The translations under genes were made by a program, and so were the position numbers. A stretch of DNA of 63,445 nt, counting the filler, from Octopus bimaculoides (taxonomy: Eukaryota): NCBI RefSeq assembly GCF_001194135.2. It is 5 parts of 4 records of this genome, joined end to end, with 100 filler letters (N's around TTAATTAATTAA, not from the genome) between each part and the next. Parts side by side here need not be neighbours in the genome. Positions count along the whole stretch, not along the records: positions 21,409 to 48,535 come from NC_068985.1; 4 more parts are not named here. One strand, 5' to 3'. Position 1 is the stretch's first letter. Each line of letters starts with the position of its first letter. The notes beneath the pieces are model-generated. The model searched no databases, was not told the origin of the DNA, and saw only the letters and a program-made list of their open reading frames with translations. Positions 25,610-36,052 of this stretch are shown here, piece after piece.

Positions 25610-25672
25610 TAATAACTGACGCGATGCCAGAGCAGATTTCCGCCCCGACATCCGAAACTCGGAGTTTGATTA
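25610..25672 (+). ncRNA. Degenerate type I hammerhead ribozyme motif
   Basis: TAATAA-CTGACG(C)-GATG...CATC-C-GAAA-CT-CGG-AG-TT-TGATTA. Stems I, II and III can pair, but the A9 position is C and the cleavage triplet would be GUU. Confidence 0.45.
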
Positions 25673-25785
25673 TGGCAACCGAATAATTGTCACATACTAT
25701 ATTACAGATAAATTCCTCTATTTACATAATATCGAGTTCTCATTCATTCTTCTGTTGTCATATTATTACTACTANNNNNNNNNNG

Positions 25786-26403
25786 CGAGGGAATGCAGCT
25801 TTCAAAATTTATCTCTTAAAAACATTTAACTCAACGGTAGACCACTGGTTTCTCAATCAAATACAGAAAAACTGTGAAGTAACCTGTATTATTTTGTTCA
25901 TCAGTACACGTATGATCAAGATACATAAAAAATAAACAAGAATCAACCTACCACGATGTAGCCATCACAGTACGACGACTTTCGTTCATAATTATATATC
26001 CATGAAAGAGATTTGAATTTATCCGGTTGCATCTCAGTACCATGTGCTTATACAGAATAATATTCAGCACTGAATATATTCTAATTATTTATAATATAAT
26101 ATAGGATAAATTCTTTATAAGAATTTATCAAGTAGTCAGCGTGAAAAAACCTCAAAATGAAAAAATAACGAAAAATTTCGTAATGAAAAAATTCATCACT
26201 TCTTCATAAATATAAATACTTATATATAAAGGGCATTAACTATTGTAGAAATGTCGACGTACTGTGATGGCTACATCGTGGTAGGTTGATTCTTGTTTTT
26301 TTTTATGTATCTTGACCATACGTGTACTGATGAACAAAAGAATACAGGTTACTTCACAGTTTTTCTGTATTTGATTGAGAAACCAGTGGTCTACCGTTGA
26401 GTT
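25786..26403. mobile_element. Long inverted-repeat (foldback/MITE-like) element, termini hidden by gaps
   Basis: About 150-bp arms at about 25827-25980 and 26253-26403 are near-identical reverse complements (AACTCAACGGTAGACCACTGGTTTCTCAATCAAATACAG...GTAGCCATCACAGTACG). Confidence 0.8.
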
Positions 26404-27636
26404 NNNNNNNNNNNNNNNNNNNNNNNNNNNNNNNNNNNNNNNNNNNNNNNNNNNNNNNNNNNNNNNNNNNNNNNNNNNNNNNNNNNNNNNNNNNNNNNNN
26501 NNNNNNNNNNNNNNNNNNNNNNNNNNNNNNNNNNNNNNNNNNNNNNNNNNNNNNNNNNNNNNNNNNNNNNNNNNNNNNNNNNNNNNNNNNNNNNNNNNNN
26601 NNNNNNNNNNNNNNNNNNNNNNNNNNNNNNNNNNNNNNNNNNNNNNNNNNNNNNNNNNNNNNNNNNNNNNNNNNNNNNNNNNNNNNNNNNNNNNNNNNNN
26701 NNNNNNNNNNNNNNNNNNNNNNNNNNNNNNNNNNNNNNNNNNNNNNNNNNNNNNNNNNNNNNNNNNNNNNNNNNNNNNNNNNNNNNNNNNNNNNNNNNNN
26801 NNNNNNNNNNNNNNNNNNNNNNNNNNNNNNNNNNNNNNNNNNNNNNNNNNNNNNNNNNNNNNNNNNNNNNNNNNNNNNTATATATATATATATATATTAC
26901 ATCTACATGAAGCACAAAAAATGCAGAATAATGAATGGTGAAAATGTCCTATTTCTTAATTTGACAGTTTCAAGAAGCCCCGGGTTACGTAATAATCATA
27001 ATAATCATACTTTGCAGATGAAATATGCAAAAAGTCATGAGTATATAACCGAAACTTATTGCATGAAAATCTGACAATGAACTGGTCTCCCCTCATCAAG
27101 AGATGATTGACAAATGTGATTCACATAGTAATGCTAGCAAACATAAACAGTTAGAGAGAAAAAGAAAGCAGAACGCGATCTAAGGGAAAGAAGGAGAACA
27201 CTTTTATAGCATAAAATGTTAGGAAGGAGGATAGAATAGAAGAGACAAAGAGAAAATGGGAGAGGATTAAGTTAAAATGAGCCTAGTAAAAACATCTGTC
27301 ATGGGCGGTTAAATTGATCTTACGCTGGCGATATATCACGTAGAAATATCAACTGACCAGACAAAAAGTCAAGAAGAGAGAAGCATTGAGGTAAAGGAGT
27401 AGAGAATGACATATTTTATTCATACCTTATTCTGTATTTTTTGCGTATATATATGATGCCTAACAATGTTTATCTGAAATGAATTTATAGCCACTCTCGA
27501 CGTTGCAAGCCTTGTCCTGGATGGAGAATTTCGAGTTTAAGTCCAAATCTAATTTTTAAGAGCTGCTATGTTTTCTATGCTGAGGACGTCTAGCTCTCAC
27601 TTATATTTTGTCGGTCGGGGTGACTGTCTGTCTGTA

Positions 27637-27792
27637 CGTATATGTATGTATGTATGTATGTAAGTATGTATGTATGTATGTATGTATGTATGTATGTATG
27701 TATGTATGTATGTATGCATGTATGTATGTATGTATGTATGTATGTATGTATGTATGTGTGTGTGTATGTATGTATGTATGTATGTATGTATG
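27637..27792. repeat. (TATG)n microsatellite
   Basis: Directly visible. Confidence 0.95.
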
Positions 27793-27806
27793 CATGTATT
27801 ATGTAG

Positions 27807-28185
27807 TCGCAGGAGTGACTGTGTGGTAAGAAGCTTACTTCCCAACCACATGGTTCAAGATTCAGTCCCATTGCGTGTCACCTTGGACACGTGTCTTCTA
27901 CTATATCCTCGGGCCGACCAAAGCCTTGTGAGTGGATTTAGCAGAGCGAAACTGAAAGAAGCCCGTCGTATATGTATGTGTGTGCTTGTGTGTGTGTCCC
28001 ACCATCGCTTGACAACTGGTGTTGGTGCGTTTACGTCCCCGTAACTTAGCGGTTCAGAAAGAGTGACCGATAGAATAGGTACAAGGCTTACAAAAAATAA
28101 GTTATGTGGTCGATTTGTTCGTCTAAAGGTGGTGCTTCACCATGGCCGCAGTCAAATGACTGAAAGAAGTAAAAGGATAAAAGAT
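27807..28185 (+). mobile_element. SINE family A, full length
   Basis: Runs from the head GCAGGAGTGACTGTGTGGTAAGAAG to the tail AAATGACTGAAAGAAGTAAAAG. Confidence 0.9.
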
Positions 28186-30033
28186 AATATACATATATAT
28201 ATATATATATATATNNNNNNNNNNACACACACACACTTGCGTGGTTTTATCATCATAGTATTCATATTTATTTTCTGAGCTTCTTAGATTTAACGAAAAT
28301 TCATTTATTCTCATCAAATGACGTGATGAAACTATCGTTCGTTTCTATTTTTCAAAAGTGCATTTACTAAGATGTATACATTCGATAAAATTTCGGATCT
28401 GACATTTAAACAATTATATTATCATTTCATGTTGATAATGCTAACAGTTGTTATCCGAATTCCACAAACTTCATTTTTTTCCCATTTTGTTGAGTTTTAA
28501 AATGTTTTCGTCCATGTTAGTTTTAATTTTTGTTTCAATTCCCAAATAAACTCTAATAATTTGGTTTATTTCTCTATATTTCTGTGATAGAAGTATGTGA
28601 CTGAACTAACTTGCTTGATTATATCCCCTGGCAGTCTGACAGAACGTTTACACAAAATATGTAACTTCTTCTTTCGTAGACGGACCGCCTTGGTGTCTAA
28701 ATGCCTGTGCTGCCAGATACATTTGGATAGAATGCATTTTTGTTTCTTCAAAAGAAATTTAACTTTTTGATCTGGGCGTATTCTTTATAATTATAATTTT
28801 TACATGAGGATTTTGATATCGGTGTTATTAATGGTTCAATATTTCCTAGCAAATTTTACATCGCTGTGTAAAGAATTAGAGACTGGTAGATAGAATATAA
28901 CAAAGTCGAGTTCTTAAAACTTGCAATCACCGTTATCACTAGTGTTAATTACGCTGTTTCTATTGTTCTAATTGTGATTTTATTAAATCTGCAATTAATC
29001 TTGTTTAAAATGTGTTTACTAATTAATCTGATCTCGCCTATTGTGAGCTGATTAATATAATGCTTGAACTAGCGTCTAATTTTCCTTTCTGGTCATTGAG
29101 AGTATGATATATGTATTTTAATCTATTGTACACGTTTAATTTCGTTGCTACAAATTTAGGCTCACTGCTGATAGTGTTGTATTTGAGTTAATTTTTCTAT
29201 AATTGTGGGTAATACTATTACATAGGTGTTAATAAAACTTGTTCTAAATTAACCAATTATTTCTGATGATTTAAATATATTGGATATCATCTAGAATATT
29301 CTAGAGTTAGGAAAAAGTTATAATACACAACAAGAAAATTTAGGCTATGTATTTGGAGTAGACACTCTGAAATACCAAAAACTTTAATGAAATATATTAT
29401 ATCAGACTTTTTCAATACACGCGGTTGATTATATAAAGATTTTTTTTCAGTAAATGAAATGAAAAACAGATAAAACCAAATACTTCATCACGCCTCTCCC
29501 TTCTATCAGCATTTCTTCTGTGGCTAATCTTACTAAGTTAAAAGCATTATTATGATCAGACAATTACTCATCTCATCAACCGGAGGGACTTGATTTCATA
29601 GCAGAGGGAATCTCTCTCATAGAAACAGAGAATTATACCACATTGCATTGAATGTAATCTGCATATGCCTTGCAATGTGTGTATACATAAAACTAAAACA
29701 CATATTCGTCATTTATGGAGGAATTTATTTCTATATATTTTTGAGTATCACAATGTATATATGTATATTTTCTTCAATACATGGAACTTGACAATTAGTT
29801 ATCTCTAATAGTATAAAATGATATCTCACTATACAACATGCAAAAGATATTTTTTGTTTATGGTAATGCTTTGTTACGTAATTTAATCTTAATAACTTGG
29901 ACGGTTAAGAGTGGTGACGTTATTTCATTGTAGAGGTTAATATAGGTTTACGGTTTACAGCAGCAAAGGAGTTCTAATTCCCCAATCAGTGCTATAGCAT
30001 TTTTTGTCCTATACTTATATATTCTTATATTTA

Positions 30034-30251
30034 CGAAAGAGTATTGAAGAATTCTTGACTTTGAGTAAAAGAAAATACAGGATGATCAGTTGATTATGAT
30101 TTTATTTAACATATTCCCCTCTCAAATTCACACACTTATTGCAACGGTCCTTCAGTTTTTCTAAACCCTGTAAAAGAACTTGGAAAGTTGAGCCTCCACC
30201 CAGACCTTTTGCAATACCCTTAAAGCCAAGAACTTTTTCAGCACCCTCTCG
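30034..30251. mobile_element. mariner-type MITE
   Basis: Decayed TIRs (TA|CGAAAGAGTATTGAAGAATTC ... AACTTTTTCAGCACCCTCTCG). The body is shared with 35310-35468. Confidence 0.65.
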
Positions 30252-30496
30252 AATATATATATATAATAATATTAGGGATAAAAATCCAAATTTACAGGTA
30301 AAAACTCAATTAAATTCAATTCAATTTATCAAAAATTAAAATTAAATTAAGTTTCACAGTATTAAATATATAAATATATAGTTTTAGAGAAACTCATCCA
30401 TGAAAATCCACAGTCACATATAGAAAAATTAATAAGTAAATGCACGATAAATATGATATAATACAAAGTAAGAATCATAAAATGATGATAATAAAA

Positions 30497-30607
30497 CGAC
30501 TACGGGTGTTTCATAACCAAGATTTCAGATAGAAGATGAAATATATTCAAATCGATTAAATCGATCGAAAATCAATTCTATTCAAAAATATAGCTAATCT
30601 TCAGGTC
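30497..30607 (-). ncRNA. Type I hammerhead ribozyme candidate with intact core and about 85-nt stem II insert
   Basis: Minus strand: GAC-CUGAAGA(30604-30598)-UUAGCUA...UUGGUUAU-GAAA(30512-30509)-C-ACCC-G-U-A(30501)-GUCG. Stem I is GAC/GUC plus a G-U pair, stem III is 2 bp with a 4-nt loop, and the cleavage triplet is GUA. Confidence 0.6.
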
Positions 30608-31142
30608 AAAATACAACAATAATAATAATAAAAAGAATGTATATATCAACCAACAATAAATAACAAATGAATGTATATAAAAATACTTATTATATTACGA
30701 TACAAAACTGTTAAACAATATTATTAAAAAGAAATTTAATACTAATCATCCCGAAAATTATAACCGTGACATAATTAACTTTACGTTTATTGTAATATAA
30801 ACTAACAGAAATATTAAATGCAAATCTTATCTTAACGAATCTTTCGTTTAAAATACAATTTAAACGAAGTTTTAGGTTAAACAAAAATTATAAACGTAAA
30901 ATAAATAACTTTAATTTTAATATAAACTAACAGAAAAATAATTTATATATAAATTGATTAATATAAAAACAATTATATCACCATTAAATAAAAGAAAAAA
31001 CATTTAACAAAATTATTGAAAAGAAATACAAAATTTAACTAATCAAATCTTTACTTTAAATAAAATTATAAATGTTGTATTATTAACTTAACCTTAATTA
31101 GAATATTAACTGATAATGAAAGAAATTATATTAAAAAACTAC

Positions 31143-31851
31143 TTATTTATCCCTTTCGCAGTAATTGCTTCCAGTGTGGGTGATCATTGCCACCTCCTCC
31201 CACTTCAGGACATCCTGATCAAGTGACTTCATATCTTTCTCACAGATATTTTTGAACCGAAGATGAGGTCGTCCTCGTGCTCTTATGCCGGTAGCCAATT
31301 CGAGATACACGATGTCTTTGGGGATCTTTCCGTCTGGCATGAGATAAACATGACCGAGCCAGCAGCAAATGACGCTGCTGGTGCAAGATGTGCATGCTAG
31401 GTATCTTGGCTCGGTTGAGGACTTCAATGTTGGTGATGTGGCCGGCCCACTTCATGTCCAAATTGCGTTTTAAACTGCGAAGTGGAAAGACGTTGAGACG
31501 CCGCTCTTGTCTAGAGTAGAGGCTCCACGTCTTACTGCCATAAGGTAGCGTACTAAGGACACACGCCTTATAGACAACAATTTTAGTGTTTACTGCCAGT
31601 TTTTTTGTTTTCACAGACTCTCTCTTTGTGAGCCTGGCAAATGTGGAGGATGCTTTCCCGATTCGGCTCAGGGTCCAGGGAGAGGTCATCAGCGATGGTA
31701 GAGTCGAGATAGGTGAATTGATGAACTACCTCCAGTTTGTAGTTGTTGATTGTGATAGTGGGGGCCTGCTTGACACTTTGATTCATTACTTGGGTCTTCT
31801 TCAAACTGATTGTCAGGCTGAATTCCTGACAGGCCTTTGAGAGTTTGTCCA
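31143..31851 (-). mobile_element. RTE-clade LINE, 3' RT fragment
   Basis: SLTISLKKTQVM...LEVVHQFTYL...RIGKASSTFARL...VYKACVLSTLPYGS..W...LRSLKR...W...ITNIEVL...IPKDIVYLELATGIRARGRPHLRFK: typical RTE C-terminal RT motifs. Confidence 0.9.
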
Positions 31852-32004
31852 CGAAGAGCTAAGAAATTATGCTGTTTTCTCTTCTTTTCCCTAACTCATT
31901 ATCTAGATACCTATAACTTCCAGCTTGCTTCCGTTAGGAGTCATATCATCCTCTCTCTCTCTCACACTCTCTCTCTCCCTCTTTTGCTCCTACTCTCTCC
32001 CTTC

Positions 32005-32066
<62 letters not shown>

Positions 32067-32315
32067 CTCCTCTCCTTCTCCGTTCTTCTGTCACTATCTC
32101 TGACGAACTTCAAACTTTCAACAGTAAGATGAACATCTTTTTTTTCTCCGCTAGATTGTTTCTGTTTCTAACGTAGATATTTATTACTAAATACATAAAC
32201 GACAAAAGCTAACCCCTACCAGCTTGGTGTGACTTTCTTTTGAAGAAATCATGCTGTTTTCTCTTCTTTCCTTTAACTCACTATCTAGATACTTAACTTC
32301 CAGCTTGTTCCCGTT

Positions 32316-32810
32316 CACCGACAACCCCATAGAGCTTGCACTGTGGGGAAGGTGCTTTTCTTGCTATTTGGTCACCTTGCAGGATTAAATGCAAGACCTG
32401 CCAAAAGGCAGATGAACTCTGTAGAGCCAACGGCCATTCAAATAACCAATTGTCTCTACTAGTTTTGCAGCTTATTAAGCCCTTACCCGCTAAAGACAGC
32501 AACGATAAATAGCAACTCCACTGCTTTGCGACAATACCCACTTAAAGGAAAGGCTTCGGGAGTAAACACCGAGGATAAATCAGGAGCCGGAGTTCCTAAG
32601 GCAGTTCGATGTTGCAGACAACCTCGTTCAGGCAACTCGTGCAACCGCACTGGTGCCAAGTCGTACTGGCCCCTGTCTTTTCCTTGGATAACACTGGCAG
32701 CAGTGAAGAGGGGAGACGTGTCGCATGGGCAACTGCCGATCTCCCAAGAAAAAATGCCCAGGCCTGTGCTCTGCAGAGGAGACTCCAGCGCCGTCTAAAC
32801 CTGGTTTAAG
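32316..32810 (+). mobile_element. Probable RTE-type 5' UTR fragment
   Basis: GC-rich segment (GGCAACTCGTGC..CTGGTGCCAAG..TTTCCTTGGA..GCATGGGCAAC..TGCCCAGGCCTG..GAGGAGACTCCAG) that resembles 5' UTRs of RTE elements as I recall them; unverified. Confidence 0.5.
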
Positions 32811-33139
32811 CCTACACAGTAAATATCACATCAATGTTATAATACTTAATTCATTAAAATTATTAGAACATTAAATTTGTTAGCTTCATTTTTGTTATGT
32901 TCAGTGTCATTAATCATAATAATACATTTGTCATAACTATAATACTTTTATCATAACTTTTAATTTTTTTGATAAAAATAAATGAGTATTGTACGTGTTT
33001 TCCTTTTTCATAACTGTATACCAACTTTTGCACTACCATGTATATATATCAAAACGGAAGATTAATTACCAGGAGTTCTTTAGATAGTTAGTGGGAAGAA
33101 AAATATATCTAGTCACTTTCAAGTGACTTTTGGTCAACC

Positions 33140-33180
<41 letters not shown>

Positions 33181-34300
33181 TATATATATGCGTATATTTA
33201 TGAATATATACATGTATGCGTGTATATATGTATATGTGTGTATGTATATACATAATTGTGTGAGCACACTTGTTACTGCATTCTCTAGCCACCCCTTCTC
33301 TCCCTCTACTATATTACTAGATATATGTTTCTCCCAACAACTATCTAAAGAACTCCTGATAACTAACTACATATAAATGCTTTAGCCAAATGTAAATTTT
33401 GCCTTATTAGGTTCTCTGTCTAAAGAATTTCTAATAGGAAATATCTTACATGTTTTCTACTTCAAAACCATTTAATTCCAAAATTAAAACAAAAAATTAT
33501 TTTATATCAAACTTCGCTAATGAATAGACAAATGTTGTAAAAAAAAAGCGGTGATTTTAACTTACATTATTCAATTATTAAACAAAGGGTTAATATTTGC
33601 AGCAGATGCGGCATTCGAGTCCCGTAGGAGATGTTAAAGATTTTCCCATGTACTTCTATATTATATATGTGTGCGTATGTGCGTATGAACGTGTGCATGT
33701 GCTGCAAAAGACAAACACAACACGTTCGGAGGGGAGTGATAAATCAAAATGGAAAAGGAAACAAAAAACAAACGAAATTTTTTAAATAATGAATTTTCGT
33801 CAGAGGAAATCGGTTCGGAGAAATAATAATTAAGTAATTATCTTTATGCATCGAAATCTTTGATTTGTTGATTTAGTGTCTTATTATTTCACACACGTTT
33901 CCTCTGAGTTGGCAGTTTCGTTTGGTTGGAAATATCTGGATGGAATTCTAGGAAAAGAAACATTTGGCAATCGTGCAAGATCATATCTAGCATCCGATTT
34001 CTAAACTGTCCTTTATTTATATATTTATCTATTGGTCTTCAACAAGCAGAAGAATGATAAATTGGAATTTTCTAACAAGAATATTTGACTTTTTTTCGTG
34101 AACAGTGTTTTTACATAGGATTTCCCTGAAAAATCAAATAATTGATAAAACAAGAACGGTTTTATATTTTTTACATGTTTAGAAAATGAACAAAAGGACC
34201 TTAGCTTCATTTAACATATAATACCATACATTCTTATATTATATATCATAAGAAGTGACTTCAGACATAAATGAATATTATGGCCGCTGACGAGACTCAA

Positions 34301-34365
<65 letters not shown>

Positions 34366-35309
34366 ATTTCCTGGAAGATGAAGGTACTGATTATACCAAA
34401 GGTAAGTTATAATTTGTCGACGTGTTCACTACACCTATTTTGGATTTGTGTGTGTTCAGTAGAATTGTTCTGTTGCAAGCATTAGAACTAGATTTCCTAC
34501 CTTTATGCATTACTGTCTACTGCCCATCTTACAACCAATCTCTAAGACTCTTCAGAAATGTTTCAGACACTACCTTTCTAATCCTTGATATGCCGTAACT
34601 AATCTTAGCAGAGATTGCAGGTAAGTGGCGTTGGAGAATGTCATCGTACATTTTTCTTCTCATTTTCTAAGCAACACCATTAGATGCATGTGGAGAGATG
34701 CAGGTAATGAAATAACGAAGGTAGCTTGTATATTGGGAATGCTAGTTCAACAAGCAACAAATAATCTGTCAATGACAGTAATAACCTCTATATTTATGTT
34801 CCTAGGGCATTTCTTGATCAAGGCGAATATGGTCGTTAACTGTGAATCTAATTTTGAATCAGAAACGCTGTTATAAAAAAATAATTTAAGCCTAGGTATA
34901 GTTAACTCTTTCTTTAAATATGTTAACGTTATTATATCTGATCGTACTGTGTTAATATTAGTTTATTGTTTTTCATGTAGTTACTGTGGTTGAAATATTT
35001 ATCTCTGAACAATTCTATTTTTCTTGTCAACAAATATAAAATTCGTATATTTATTTAAGTCTTTTTCGTCTGTAATTTGCCAAGTCTCAATGCTGCCTAC
35101 ATCTAAGACGATGCTGCTGCACACACAAATATCTCAGACAGCATGTGAGAAAAATAGCTTCACAAACACACTTCACAATCTCCTGTTTACGAACCTATGA
35201 TAGAGATTTTACATGAAGTGATGAATTACTGGAAGGAACAGCCAAATCTCCTGCAATTTACAGCCTTCAGAACTTGTGAAACCATTATAATGTAGTTCTT
35301 GATATAGTA

Positions 35310-35468
35310 CGATGTGGTACTGGAAAGGTCCTGGCTTTGGATAAAAGAAAATGCCGGCGGTTCAGTTAATTATGATCAACTTATTGCAGCGGCCCTTCAG
35401 ATTTTTTAAGCCCTGCAAAAGAAATAGAATGGTTGAGCCTCCAACCAGGCCTTTCGTAACACCCTTAA
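35310..35468. mobile_element. Truncated copy of the 30034-30251 MITE
   Basis: Shares CTTATTGCAGCGGCCCTTCAG...GTTGAGCCTCCA.CCAG.CCTTT...ACCCTTAAAGC. Confidence 0.65.
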
Positions 35469-35995
35469 AGCATTCCGCACAAACACCTATTGGCATAAAC
35501 CCTTCCTCCTCGGAACAATAACCCATTGGGAGCCCATTAATGTCCACATATTTTTCGTACAAAAACTCCTGCGTGTGCTCTTGAAATATTGTTAGATATA
35601 GCCCTAGCCCATGTATGAATGGCCACATGTATCTCATTTTTAAAAGTAAAAATGAGGTAAGGAAACAGATATAGTTGGCTATAGTTGGTATGAGTTAACG
35701 AAGCCTACTCTGAGTTTGTTCATCAATGCCGAGAAACAGTAGATGAAAGAAAAGACGGAGCTTTCCCTTGGAAGCTAGGTGCTACCCTCGAGTAGGTTTA
35801 CTAAAAGGTGAACGAAAGAGAGATTCGCACCATTTTAAGTATGAGCTGAGAATTCCAGAAGAAAAATTGAAGAGGCTACTAGCGTTTGGTATACATTATT
35901 TTTTAAAGTCATTCAATTCTATGTAAAGCCCCTCGCTTTAGTTTTACCTTCTATTTGTCTTCTTCCCACGTCACCCTGGTGGAATTTTTTTTTTA

Positions 35996-36051
<56 letters not shown>

Positions 36052-36052
<1 letters not shown>

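Noticed and set aside
28560-29330. Possible decayed leucine-rich-repeat gene on minus
   Set aside because: Only vague periodicity and many stops; not supportable by eye.
34288-34305. CTGACGAGACTCAAACATGT
   Set aside because: It lacks G12 and stem I is lost in (TG)n; too short to distinguish from chance.
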